A DNA stretch of 64,000 nucleotides from assembly GCA_000320545.1 (NCBI GenBank), contig ADNK01000461.1, positions 36,769 to 100,768 of the forward strand, in the 5' to 3' direction. Of the stretch, positions 34,727-49,010 are shown one piece after another (position 1 is the stretch's first letter; the number at the start of each line of letters is the position of its first letter). Origin of the DNA: Bigelowiella natans CCMP2755. Lineage: Eukaryota; Protista; Cercozoa. The notes below the pieces were generated by a model. That model saw only the letters and a list, made by a program, of their open reading frames with translations. It ran no database searches and was not told the origin of the DNA. A program made the position numbers and the translations under genes.

Positions 34727-35691
34727 CCCCCCCCCCTTCCTTCCCTCCCTTCCTCCCCCCTCTTTCTTCGCAGCTGGAGCTGAATTCTATTAGCACAAAT
34801 AGGAGTCAAGGACTTTCAGTAATTCATCAATTCGCCCCTCCCCCCCCCTGAAAATGTGATGATGATGATTAGATTGATTGTTCTGAAGGGAGAAATGGTG
34901 TAGTATTATTAGTAATAGTAGTAGTAGTAGTAGTAGTAGTAGTAAGAACACCGGTGCTGTTTGTTTGTTTGTTTGTTGTTGTATGCACGTGTCTGCTAAG
35001 CATCATCATAATAAAACCAGCATCATGAATCAATCGTCAGTGTTCTTCCTTCATCATCTTTTCCACCATATGTGTACTACGCGTACATGCATTGCATCAA
35101 TCAATCGTCGATGTCTCCTCATCCCTCCCTCCCTCAAGACAACTATAAAGGGGGAGGAGGGTGAATCTCTTGACGCTTTCTTCCATGATAACGAAACAAC
35201 AACACCGAAGGATGACAAGCAGCCTGAGCAAAAACAACAGGAAGCTGCTGCTAATGCCCAAGCTGCTGCTGCTGCAATGAGGTCCTCTTCGCTACTACTG
35301 CATAAGGCCAAAAGTTCTATGGAAGTTATTTCTGAATCATCATCACCACCACCGATGCAAGAAAAGGAGGAGGAAGAAGAAGAAAAATACCACAATGGCG
35401 CTACTACTGCTGCCACTACTTCCAAGGCTGCTTCCACCAACGATAACAATGATGAAAATAATCATAATAATACTTATAATAACAGTTATCATGGAAATAA
35501 AATCGAGGAGGAGGAGGAGGAGGAGGGTTTGGACGGGGATGAGAGGAAAGGCAGCGCTGTTATCGACGAGGGTGGGGGTGGAGGAGCGGAGCAGGAAAGT
35601 ACTCCCTACAAACCGATAAAAAATGAGGATGATGACGAAGAACAGGTCATTTTTATTTGGCAATGATCGTTATCGTCGTTGTCATCGTGGG

Positions 35692-35723
<32 letters not shown>

Positions 35724-35865
35724 GTAGTAACTCCTCCTTTCTCACGTAATAAATGATCGCATAAAAGCATAAATGAATGATCTTTAATCGTACTCAAGAA
35801 GAAAAAGAAGAAGAAGAAGAAGAAGAAGCAACCTTCCTTGGAGCATTGTGTGATTTGTATGCATT

Positions 35866-35911
<46 letters not shown>

Positions 35912-36084
35912 TTATATGTACATACACCCGTTGTTTTGTTTTAGATGCCATGCCGTGTTGCACGTGTGTTGTTCGATTTTGAGCCTTCGGTAGAGGGCGA
36001 CTTGAAGCTCACAGAGGTATTATATAGTACATACTTAATGTTGTAACAACACTACTCACTCATTAGTGTTTGAGATTGTCTCTC

Positions 36085-36121
<37 letters not shown>

Positions 36122-36499
36122 TTAGTACATTTGGACCATTACTATTAATAAGTACTAAATATTCAAGATGCATATCTCTCTCCTCTCTCCTCTCTCCTCT
36201 CTCCTCTCTCCTCTCTCCTCTCTCTAGGGTGACACGGTAATCATCCTTGAGTCCGACGAATCAGGATGGTGGCAGGTATTATTATGATGATGATGACGAC
36301 GATGACAAGTGATATACGTCATAGCAAATACTGCTGCTAATAATGATGATGATGATGATGATGATGATGATGTGGTACAATAGAGGAGGATAAGCAGGAA
36401 GATACACAGAACTAGTAGTGCTGTGTTGCATGCAGTAGTGGTACTGGTGGTGGCGGTGAAACAAACAAACAAACACCAATCACTACTTACTAAGCTGTG

Positions 36500-36532
<33 letters not shown>

Positions 36533-37191
36533 AAATCCTCTGCGTGTGTGTGTATGTGTGTGAGTGTGTGTTTGTGATAAAACGGTAATCATAAATCATC
36601 TATGAGGTGTAGTCGCCTATCCTTACTACACATCATCATTATCATTATCGTTATCATCAGGGGGAGGGTAAATCGGGTGAGGGCCGATTCCCTGCAAACT
36701 ATGTTGAGGTAGTAACAGTGATGATGATGATCATGATGATGATGATGATGATAAAAAAAACGAGAGAGGCCATTATAGACAACGAGGATGATACAAGGCG
36801 ACGATGATACTGATGACGACTGATGACGATGATGATGATGATAATGAATGCTTTGAGAGATACCATATATCACTATTTCCTCTTTCTATTCCTCCTCGAA
36901 AGGATTCTTGTAGAGTGCATTGTCATCACACATTATCTTATTACAGAATTTATAAATGTTGTATATTAATATCGTGCAGATATCATCAATCACCACTACT
37001 GTGTTGTGTTGTTGTGTGGATGTGAGTGTAAGATGATAATATCATGTGCTGTTAATTATAATAATATCGGTAGGAGTTTAAGAGGGTTTGGTTCTCTGCA
37101 CTCGCCAAGTATCAGGTGCTACGGCTGCGCTGCTGAGCAGCCCTCTCTCTCCCCTCTTCCCTCTCCCCTCTATTCTCTCTTCTCTCTCTCC

Positions 37192-37242
<51 letters not shown>

Positions 37243-37324
37243 ACTACTTCTACTACTTCTACTACGACTTCTGCTACTACTACTTATCTTTCATCTCTTT
37301 TTCTCTAGACACTACATAGTAATA

Positions 37325-37369
<45 letters not shown>

Positions 37370-37482
37370 ATAATTGTCTACTCTTGCTGCTGCTGCTGCT
37401 GCTGCTATACTGCTACTACTCCTCCTCCCAGTCTACCACTGCTTCGGAATTATCTTTGGAAGAGGGGGACATAATCAAGGTG

Positions 37483-37515
<33 letters not shown>

Positions 37516-38165
37516 GGTGCTAATGGTGAGGAGAGAATAATAAATAATAGCAGCAAATGAGGCAGTTGATCGATCATGGGTGGGTGGGTGCAAGAACGAA
37601 CAGATACATTAAAATATATGTGGAAGAAAAAGAAGAAGAAGAAGAAGAAGTAATAGAGACGTTATCGTATTGCATGTAATTCTTTGCTGTGCTCTTCTCA
37701 GTGAAATGTAGCATTGCTTATACAAGACAATTAAATACTACTACCCTCATAAATAAATAATACAAACGATTTATCTATATATGATCCTCCTCTTCCTCCC
37801 CCTCCCCCTTCTTTCCTTATTATTATTACCTACAACAACAACTACTACTACTACTACTACTACTTACTCTAGCTAACTGAAGTGGATCCAAGTGGATGGT
37901 GGAAGGGCATTAAACCGGTACTACTAGTAGTTGTAGTAGTAGTAGTATTTATAGTAGATTCTTGGACAACCACATCATCATATCATATACCATACAGCAG
38001 CATAAATAAGTTCTAAAAAACAAAGGAGGGGAGTTAGTGACTGACTGTGACTGTACTAGTACTAGTACTAGTAGTAGCAGCAGTAGTAGCAGTAGTTGTA
38101 CAGTAGTAACTTCGTGTTTTAGTTTCTGGAAGAGTGGATTTCAATTTTTCATCCGAGAAAATGGT

Positions 38166-38206
<41 letters not shown>

Positions 38207-38364
38207 CCCTGCTATTATATTTGAACAACACCTTTACTTCTCCACCCCTCCCCTCTCTTAATTCCCCACCCAATTAGTCAAACGGGGCTAGCGGATGGTT
38301 CCCGGCCGCATTCGTAGAAGGATGTCCGAAGACATTTAAGCGTAATATATAAATATATTTATCA

Positions 38365-38402
<38 letters not shown>

Positions 38403-38668
38403 CTATATATCTTTACATATTTATATCACTTATAGTTGTATCCCTTTCTCCTTTATTTTCTTGTCTGAAATTTGCTATCACTCATCTTTGCTCTCTTTTC
38501 TTCTTAATTCGTGGTAGCAGCTGCTACTGCTACTACTACTACAGCTACTACCACAAACACGACAAAAGGAGCGGCGCTCACTCTCACTGTGACCGATGTG
38601 GAAATGAAAAGAGAGAAGCGTACTAGCTTATCCACGGGACCGATGAATCTCTCGGTGGAAGATGAAGG
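30188..38668 (+). CDS. ELMO/CED-12 domain protein with low-complexity linker and two SH3 domains
   Basis: ELMO exons: DLLKRFWNAVQ, WQGMGFQ|GEDPLTDFRAGGLLALENIVFFVEKY, NYPWSAAGVNVT, WLAEMKATYLSFNK|VLEAAREEL. SH3-1: ARVLFDFEPSVEGDLKLTE|GDTVIILESDESGWWQ|GEGKSGEGRFPANYVE (35945-36708). SH3-2: ALAKYQ|STTASELSLEEGDIIK|LTEVDPSGWWKGIKP...GASGWFPAAFVE. 3' end may extend to ~39.4 kb. Confidence 0.75.
34366..34517 (+). repeat. 56-bp perfect tandem repeat, ~2.7 copies
   Basis: caccttggttgtcaactatcgggcttcttttccataatt... starts at 34366, 34422 and 34478. Confidence 0.92.
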
Positions 38669-39479
38669 GTAGGGATGACAATGATGATGATGATGATGAT
38701 GACTACCGCAATAACAACAACAACAACAACAACAACGTGAAGAGGAATAGAAGGAGGTCAAACGCACATACTTATATTATTATTATTACTACTACATGAT
38801 GAGACATACGTAGGCATAATAAGCTTGCATATATCAAACACTCTCTTCTTTTTGACATGACAGCCGGCAGAACAGAGCAGGAACCTTAGCCGAGTTTGGT
38901 TGTGACAACGAGGAGGAGGAGGAGGAAGATGAAGAGAGATGAAGAAGCAGCAACAGAAGGAAAACAACAGGAAGAAGAAGAAGAAGTAGAAAAAGAAAGA
39001 ACCAGAAGAAGAAGAAGATTAGGGCAGCAGCAGCGAGAAGGGAGGCTCTATATGCTGAGATCGAAGCTTCTGGTCAAGCTTCTCCTCTTCCTCCTCTCCC
39101 TCCTGCTACTACTACTACAACAACAACAACAACAACAACAACAAGTGCCACTACTACTACTACTACTACTACTGCAATGCGGTCGTTCGTACGTATGGAT
39201 GTGATTGTGGTTCTTACTACTACTACCATCATAACAGCTGCCATTTAGCAGCATGTATTGCATATAAGATGGTTGGTTACTACTAACACCGAGTGGCTCA
39301 CCGTTGCTATCTATCACAACTTACTACTACTCACCTCTGCATCAATCGATCATGCATGCTGCAGGAACACCAGGACCCATGCGGTACTACCGGTTGCTAC
39401 TACTTAGATGGGGTGCATTGTTGTTGTTGTTGTTATATTAAACCTCGAGTTGATTATTACCATGTACTATCTTCTCATG

Positions 39480-40050
39480 CTTTGGATCGATGCGTCTGAT
39501 ATGCATGTGGTCCATCAAGGCGTGACATGCTGCCAGTATGATGACATACGTGCCGTCGCATATATCTATACGCTATTTATGCCATAATATCAGTGAGATC
39601 GAGCTAATAATAATGAGGCTAAGCTAGTTAGCTAAGGATGACAGTACGTAGACAATGGTTAACATTTCTAGATTTGCTACTAGACTAAGCAGACTCTCTA
39701 GCTCTGACGACACAATAGACACCAAGCGTACGTCATTGTTTGCAGTACGTAGCAGCGGGGCAGTACTTGCCCATGCTAGCGTGCGACCTAATGATAGTTC
39801 TACGTACAGCTTGCATACGCGACAATAATAATCACAGCGTACGTAGATGCAATGCGCATGCAAGTGACCATGCTACGCTAGCTACGCGAATAATGGTCAT
39901 TTGTGTAACATTAGCCAAATAACCCAATCGCATCGTACAATACATATACATGCTACAACAGCTGCATGATGATAGAATGAGATGCATGTCAAAATGACAC
40001 GTCGGTCGGTCGATATATATGAAGCCGATCATGGAAATAAGTAATCATGA
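39480..40050. other. CTAG/CATG/GTAC-rich intergenic tract
   Basis: At least 6 CTAG, dense YR palindromes, no microsatellites; lies between convergent genes. Confidence 0.65.
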
Positions 40051-40407
40051 TTTGATTGCGTACCCAATCATTCTAGCAATGCTTTCATCAGGATCTGTGA
40101 TGATAAACCTTTTCCACCATGTGGATCAGCAGCCGTTATGCAGAGCCTTAATTTAACATGCGATTGTTGGCGATTTGCAAAGTCTTTTGTGAAAGTGCTA
40201 CACATATCTAGATATGCGTTTTGCTAATGATATCTGTCTTCCGTATTTATTTTTCTTTGAACGATATTAATGCTGTCCCTCGATTTGGATGGCCTCACCC
40301 CATTTTACTAATTTGCTGTGCGAGAACAAAGTATATGGTTTCCAGGTTCCTAGCCATACAACACTAGGGCAGTGTGCCCTTGAATATTATTATCGATGAT
40401 GTCCGTC

Positions 40408-41250
40408 TTATCGATAGTCGGCGTCCCTCCGAAAGTTCTTCCGCGGCCTTGAAGTATCAGCAATAACATGGCGATTATGATGATGATGATGATCTCTTCG
40501 ATGGGAGGCTGCTGCTGCTGTTGTTGTATGTCTCCATCCTCTCGATGAAGAGATGTCCCTACCACTTATGGCGTAGTTCCTATCAAATCGCTGAGACGGG
40601 GTACTGGTGGTGGTCTGGGGGGCATTGCGACGATGATGATCTCGATAATGATTATGACGCCTGTTTAAGCTCCTCCTCCTCTTACTGTAAATAGTGTTGC
40701 GGGGCGGTGAGCGTTCTTCGTTGGATATCATTCGAAAGGCTCTTGTAGCTTCAGCAGTGGCTATTGCAGCCCTTCGCTGGAGTTCTACGAGATCGTTATT
40801 GCCAGCTGACTGCTGCTGCTGCTGCTGCTCTAGCGTCACCTTTTCCTTCGCCTCCCACAGCTCGATGTTCTTTACGAATAATCGAGGAAAATCATATGAC
40901 ATCTCAGGGGGGAAACGGGTTCTGGCAAGGCTTTTCCTGGCTGATGTAGCCGCCTCCACGCTGTCAAATTGTACCTGACCAACAGCCGAAATTAGCGATA
41001 TAATAATGGAACACGACGTACATGTTATAAAAACCTGCTGTCCTTGCAATTTTGAGATGATTATGTGTATATGTATGTGTAGGAGGAGGGGGTTGTTGAT
41101 AAATGGAGGGAGGGGGAGGACGGACGGACGGACGTACGTAGCAGTGCTCTCGATTCCTTGAAACCCAAAAAAAGAGAATTCTGGCTTCTTCTTGCGCATC
41201 ACCGATGTATCCTGCGGCCCTAATGAGGTGCTCTCGAAGCTAGACATCAC

Positions 41251-41283
<33 letters not shown>

Positions 41284-41929
41284 ACGATGATGATGATGAT
41301 GATGATGATGAAAAATGGCAAGTCTCCTGAGCGCAACATGGGTCAGTATGTATGCATGTGTATGTGTGTGTGTGTGTATGTGTGTGAGGAAGGAATGAAT
41401 ACGCAATCATGCAAGTTATATCCTTTTCTATTCGTTTCTCTTCCTACCTCCTCGATGGTGAAGGGCCTTCTCAGGTTCGCTATGTACAATGTATCGCTCG
41501 GGGGTATGCCACTAGCCCGAGGGGGGGTACGTTGCCGAGTTTGACTCGATCTGCTATTATACACGCCCCTCCCTTGTCGTAGTTGGGATGGTGGCAGTTT
41601 GGATGATGATGATCGGAACAAGGAGGGACCTGCTGCTGCTGCTGCTGGACCTGCTCCTCCTCCTCCTCTTCCTCCTCCGCAGTAGTTGTAGTAGCTGCTT
41701 CGTAGTAGTAGTAGTAGTGGTGGTGGTGGTAGTAGGGACAATTAAGAAATACAGAAAGTATTAGTAGAGTATTATTATAAGCAAAATAAATTATTGTTGT
41801 TAATATGAATAGAGTCATCATCATCACTCCCACAAATGATGATGAAAATGGCTAGAGGTTATTATTGGCCAAAAGACAGCAAGCCGTCAAACAATAACCA
41901 ACGCGACCAAGAGACGTCAAGATATCACT

Positions 41930-42001
<72 letters not shown>

Positions 42002-43265
42002 AAGACATATACAAAATGAAGGCGAGTGTAACAAAAAAGGCTTTATTCCATCATCTTCATCTATCTACATCCATCCTATTTTATACCTTCCATCCACCCG
42101 TCGTTCAGTTTTCGATTGTGATGTTTTTTGAGTTGATGATAACGGCGAGGTCGTCTTCGCTCTGGTGCCATACAGCGTCTCTCCGTTTGATACGCCGGGG
42201 GGGTGAGAGAGCTCATTATGTGTCCTTGTCATGTTTGCAGTAGCTACCGTTTCCTCATATAACATAGCATTATCATCATCACCATCTCTGGTCGTCGTTA
42301 TTCTCTGCACACATCCCTCGTGGTGCTGAACGATGCTCCCTGTGATACTATCCATCGAGTGTGGAATAGGCTGCGTACTTGTTGGTTCGCGGTATATCTC
42401 CTGCCGAAGAATGGGAGGGGGCATTGGCAGTGACGTTGAAGTTTCATTTTTCAATATTATTTGTTTATTTGTTCCAATGGAGGAACCAGCGACAGCGGTT
42501 GTGTCTGATGCTGCTGCTGCTGCTACTGTTCTATCTTTTTCGGTTGCTGTCCTGCTAGTGGAACGGTTTGTATTCAACACTTCACTGTTTCCTGAAATGG
42601 GGAGGGGGGGGGGAAGAGGGGGAGCAGCAGCTGCAGAGGCAGCAGACCTAGCGGTCTCACACGCTTCACCCCCACCCCTTGTAGCGTAGAACACCGACTC
42701 AGTGTCAAGAGCAGTTGGCGTTACGCTAGTATCCGCCTCAAAATGATGATTCTCTTCTTCAATGATGGGCGACCTAGGACTCTGCGTTGTGATCTTGGTG
42801 GTGCTCTTCCCCTCTTCTTCATGTCTTCCTTCTCCTCCTTCTCTTCGCTGCTTCAGGGCAGATTGAAGGCGCTCGACCAGCTCATATTTCATCCCGTGAG
42901 TGCTATGATGTGTAGTATTATTATTGGCGAGAAAGATAATTAAGATTATGATGATGATGATGATGATGATGATGATGGTGATGATACAGAATGATCTTGA
43001 TGCAAGATATGCGTTTCTCTTTATCTCTTCCTCTCTGATGGCATCACCACCTCAATCCTAAAGTTTTCAGCTGGCTCCGGATTTCTGTGACTTTGAGCTG
43101 AGCGATAGGCACTATCTTGGGGGGGGAGCACACGACTCTTCTATCGCGTGGAGTGGGGAAATGCAGCGTATTCGCTGCTGCTAAGACCTTGAAGCACGAA
43201 AAAGCGAAGAAGTAAAGGTTTGAAGAACTTTGCACACTATAAAGGATCCACTGACTCGACGACAC
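40408..43265 (-). CDS. ACIN1: Acinus-like SAP + RRM protein
   Basis: SAP: IAQLKVTEIRSQLKTLGL...KYELVERLQSAL. Acinus-type RRM: PPSDTLYIANLRRPFTIEE ... VQFDSVEAATSARKSLARTRFP. Arg/His-rich tail. Start codon unresolved. Confidence 0.75.
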
Positions 43266-43448
43266 AACAAATAACAGAACGACCTACCATCAGCACCAGC
43301 ACGAAGAGGAGGCCATGAAATATGATAATGTGCACACGCTCACGACGGCGCCATGAACATCCTCGGGAAGAGAAGAAGCTCAGGGGCGGTGGCAATTTGA
43401 TGGAATTCATTTGGGTATCATCGAGTCCATGATGATGATGATGATGAT

Positions 43449-43530
43449 GAAGAAGAAGAAGAAGAAGAAGAAGAAGAAGAAGAAGAAGAAGAAGAAGAAG
43501 AAGAAGAAGAAGAAGAAGAAGAAGAAGAAG
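43449..43530 (+). repeat. (GAA)~27 polypurine tract between divergent genes
   Basis: Read directly. Confidence 0.95.
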
Positions 43531-43974
43531 ACCTGCTCCTCCTCCTCTGGGCTGCTGTTTCTACTTTCAGGATGTCATGCATGCACGTGGATAAATTAGC
43601 CTAAATTAGATCATTATTTAGGCTAAAGAGATCCAATTTATTATTGAAATTTTAAATCCCTATTTCCCTGTTGTCTTCTTAAATGTATTAGTGATAATTT
43701 TTATAATCACCATTTATATCCACATAATAACTGAATAAAAGGTTCTGTTTTTGAGGGAATCAAACACACGGCTGATCAACCTCTGCCTCCTCCCCGTCTG
43801 CACCACGGCAACATCACCGCTCATCTAGTTGCATAGGGGGACGCATAGGTAATATTACCCTCATTTTAGCTGATCGATCTGGCTACTGTTGACGTAAGAG
43901 GGAGGCATCATATTCAGCGTCTATCCTCAACGTCACGGATAAGCTGGGAAGAGTGCTGCTGCTGCTGCTGCAAG

Positions 43975-44024
43975 ATGCTGCCGGCCCTCGATCACCAGGT
44001 GTATGTATCTCTTTTGAGTGGTAA

Positions 44025-44076
<52 letters not shown>

Positions 44077-45637
44077 TGTAGTAGTAATAGTAGTAATGGA
44101 ATGATGGATGGGGAGTCACCAGCATTTGGCACTCTATGTATATTTTTGCCACTTAACTCTTCATCCTCCCGTCCCTCGTGCCCCTCCCGCCCCCCCCTTT
44201 CGTGCAGCTCGGAGACACCGAGATGAACGATGTGTGCATAGCGATACTTGATCCGAAGGGGTCTTTCTGCTCTAAGGAGCTCGATCTTCCTCATCAAAGG
44301 CTGCTGCCACCATGTACTTGGATTACTCCTATCGTTGAGGTAGTACTCCGAAGAAGGAGCCAAAAAATGATTAAGAGGGGGTTATTCAGAGCATTCTCAA
44401 GCAGCGCGGAAACGAGCGCGTGCGCACTCACACACACGCACGCACACACACACACACGCATGCACACACGCATGCACACACGCATACACTACACGCGATC
44501 AAGCTTACGTATGAGCATCATGATTCAAACATATATAGGGCGTTTTGGAGTTCGTTCGGATAGGAACCAAGACATGCCCGAGCAATTGCCGTTTCACATT
44601 CCATATGCACATAAACAACGGTTATGAGAGCGTAGGAAGGACTCTACGAATTAATGAGGAAGGGGTAACCGCAAGCAACCATGTGCTGCACCTGCAACAT
44701 AGTATATGAGGATGATAATGTTTTAAGGGACACAATAATACAAATTTGTTCAGCTACTACGACCCATAGTATCTTCTCTCTCCTTTATGATTTATCGCCG
44801 ATCTTTGTTCGATCTTATTCCTAACATCCATCATCCTTCAGGGCGTTGCGGCGCTTGAAAACTTTCTGTGCAACGAATTTCGGAAAATAAACAAATCGGC
44901 AGAAAAAAAAGGCGGGGGGGGAGGAGAAGGGGGAGGGGGAGGTACAGCATACGAATTTTATGCGACGGTGGTGAAGAAACTCTTCCAAGGATCAAAACTG
45001 AGGAAAATTAGCAGTGAAAGTAGTAATCGAATTAGTAGTACAACTAGTGGCAATAATACGAGGCCAGCAGTAAGCTCCTGCATTGTTGGGTCATGGGAAG
45101 TAAAGCGAAGGGTTATTATCATCTGCCCAGAAAAACATAATGATGATGATGATGATGATGACTCCAAGAAGGTGATTTCAGATAGACGATATCATTATCA
45201 TCATCATCATCATCATCATAATCATCATCATCATCATCGCTACTACTACTACTACTACTACTACTACTATATGTGGTGGTTATCATCGTGTCAGAAGAAA
45301 TCCACATTGCTTCACGTACTACTACTACTTCTCCTTCTTCTTCTTCTTCTTCTTCCTCTTTCGCTTCTTCTTAAGGGACGACTATTTATTCAGCTGATTG
45401 CTGCTTGTCACCATACATGATGCTTACTTCTCAGGACCTTGCTGAGGCCCTAAAAGACTTGGCTAACGAAAATGATTTGGAAATTCTGAGGGCGGGGGAG
45501 AGAATTCAAGTGGAAGTTGTTCGAGTCGTTGATACTATTCGTGATGTATCCTGCAGACAAGATGTGCCTATCATCATATCGCCGTCAAATCTAACGTGAT
45601 TATAGCACACCACGTCCACACACACACACACACACAC

Positions 45638-45684
<47 letters not shown>

Positions 45685-46230
45685 CCAAATACTGAGGGAA
45701 GATGTTGTGAATTGTACTCATGCTAATCCACACACACCCCTTATGTTAGATCGGGTATTATTGCAATACACTCGACGTCTTTGCCTCCTCTCAAAGTGTG
45801 ATAAGAATCAGAAGAAGAAGTTGTTGATGATAGTGATGATGATGGTGATGAACACTGTTGATACAGAACGTGAGGGTGGTAAAACACTATAATTTCGTCG
45901 ATCTCTCCTCTTCCTACTCCTCTGCACGGCTAGCTATAGAAGAAAGATAAGATATAACTATTTGGTGTCTGTACTCATCATTTGTTACGGTTTTAATAGT
46001 CGTAGTAGTAGTATAAGTCGTTGTTATAATGTCGCATTATAATAGTAACTGTGATGATAATAATACTTCTACACATTCTCTGCTGCTACTGCTGCTGCTG
46101 CTCTGCCCATATCATCTCGAGTATATACTTGTGTGATCAAAATAAATATTCCCCAAAGCAAATTCTCGCTGGTAGAGGAGAATGGTTGAGGAGGAGAAAG
46201 CATTTCTCCTTTTGCTACTACGTCAGCCAC

Positions 46231-46271
<41 letters not shown>

Positions 46272-46608
46272 AGCTTGTTTTTCTCCAAACACCATGCATC
46301 TACACTGCACACTGATGAAGTTGTTGTTCTTCTTCTTCCTCCAGGTATATAGTTGGATGAAGGCGTTGGCTCGTCAGCAGTTGTCTTTGCATCTCTGCGT
46401 TGTTTCTGGGGTAGGTTTAGGGATTTGATGATGATGATGATGATGATGATGGTGGCGACGACGACGTGAAGCATGATATCTTATTTAAACAAGCATGCAT
46501 TAAACTCTCAATACGTAGCAATGTCAACAACGATGCAAAGCGCCGAGATAAACATTGAAAATCCGAAGATTTGATATGGCCTGTATAATGTCTACCTGTG
46601 ACAAACAA

Positions 46609-46645
<37 letters not shown>

Positions 46646-46900
46646 CAGTGGGAGAGGACAAAACAAATACTGCCAGTAGGCCTGTGTGTGTGTGTGTGTG
46701 TGCCTTTTGCTGCTACTGCTACTCTTCGCATTATTTCATAAGTATTTTCGATGATATGATGATGATGATAATGATCATCGTCATCATCATCATCATCATC
46801 ATCATCATCACTTTCCGCTTGAATCTTTGAATCTGATGATACCTTTTTTGAGATGGAAACGCAATAATGTCACCACTACATGACAAATTCGTCGTTGGTA

Positions 46901-46940
<40 letters not shown>

Positions 46941-47076
46941 TAGATTCCCGTTAGGGAGCACGCCATTCATGCGACGACAAGCACAACTTCCTCTCGCTCT
47001 TCCAGCATCAATTTTCTGTTTCGTGATCCAGAAGCATCTAAGAATAGGACGGCATTATTGAAAGGTGTAGATGTGT

Positions 47077-47139
<63 letters not shown>

Positions 47140-47515
47140 CTTCAAACATAAGTTTTTCATACTGTGTTACATTTATTATATATGAATAAAATAATATCAC
47201 TTGGAGAGGCAAGAGAGACCTACCAACAAGTTTGACCGCATCATTTGCTACTATTACTGCTACTACTGCTGCTGCTGCTACTACTACCACTACTCTTTGT
47301 GTGGTCGATTCACGTCTTCGCTCCCAACACAGATATGATGATGGTAGAAGAAGATCAAGAGGAAGAGGAAGAGGGAAATGGTGGAACGTTGCATCTGATG
47401 TGGAGGCCGCTCACTGGTGATGGTGACACTAACAACACAATACTATCCGCATCCAAACCCTTCTTCTTCGTTTCGTTCTCTCTCTTTATATTCGATTGAT
47501 TATCCCTGCTCCGTG

Positions 47516-47553
<38 letters not shown>

Positions 47554-48187
47554 AGAATCAGCTTCCTCCTCCTCATCGTCGTCATCGGGGGGGGCTGGAG
47601 TGCGGACTGTACCGAGTTCAAGGATATTTAAGGTGGTCATAGTGGAGGATGATGGAAGTATAAGCGCTTCATCGTCGAAAAAGACAGTAGTACTCTAGTA
47701 GTTGATGATGGATGTTGAGAGGAGGAGGGGGGGGGGGGGTGCATGCCTGATTGCTATATATTCGTAATTAACTAATCCTGCTCATTCATCATCATCATCA
47801 TCATCATCATCGTCCCTTCTTTATTCTCTCTGCGTCTAGCATCTGCTCATCATTCTAAGCTGTAGCCTATTTCATGTTCCCTTCTTCTTCTTCTTCTTCT
47901 TCTATGGCTAAGCTCATTCCGTGGGGAGACTCTGACCCTGCAGCAGCGGTCAATAGTGGGCAACTTCGTAAGAAAAATAGAGAAGAAGAAGAAGAAGAAG
48001 AAGAAGAATAAAGAAGAAGAAGAATAAAGAAGGGCTAATGATGTTTGGGATTAAAGAGGAGATCATCGTTGAGATACGACTACAGTGTAGCCTGAAATGA
48101 TTTGTTTTCGTTGCTATGATTCGGCATGAAAGGCAGCTAGTCTTACCTATTGTAAATTGATGTTTAACACCCGTATACAAATAGAAT

Positions 48188-48227
<40 letters not shown>

Positions 48228-48464
48228 TTCATATGCATATTGTTTATCGTCTTCCAAATGGGTGGTGGTGTTCAAATTATTGAAGAAGGGAAAAGAACGG
48301 ATAGCTCCATTGCACTTCAGGCGCTCTCCGCGTATCTGAGAAAAGGCAAAAAGGTCGAATATTGCTGTTATTTATTGCACACATGATGCATGCAGCATTT
48401 CTTGGATGATGAAGTACATTCGTGCACAGCATTGCCTTGTTCTGCAGTACATCGTTTCGATATG

Positions 48465-48502
<38 letters not shown>

Positions 48503-48974
48503 TATAATACTACTTCTTTAAACGTTGAAAATCTTATTACTGCTTCGTCCGGTTACGAATATAATGGCGTGGTCATCTTCCTTCTTGCTATTTATCTATT
48601 GCTAACGCTCCCAGGCCAGTTTCGTGTCTCGTGGCGGTGGATATTCTTCATATACGATTCTTCCAAGAGGAGGGGGAAAAGGAAAAAAAGGAGAAGAAAA
48701 TCCTGGTAGCAACTTGCAGATGATGACGAAGAAGAAGAAGAAGAAGAGGGATGATGCCGCTGCTCTTCCAATTATATAATGTGTGTATGTGGTGTATGTA
48801 TCTTTATTTTTAATACGAGGTAGTTGATTTAATATTATCCATATTACAGACGACTATGTTTGGAACAAGGAGCCGTCACTTTTCCTCCATATGTTGAGAC
48901 CGAAAGGGTCGTTATGCGTTATTCGATGATACTAAATGCATAATAAGCACAATTCATACACACTATTTACACAA

Positions 48975-49010
<36 letters not shown>

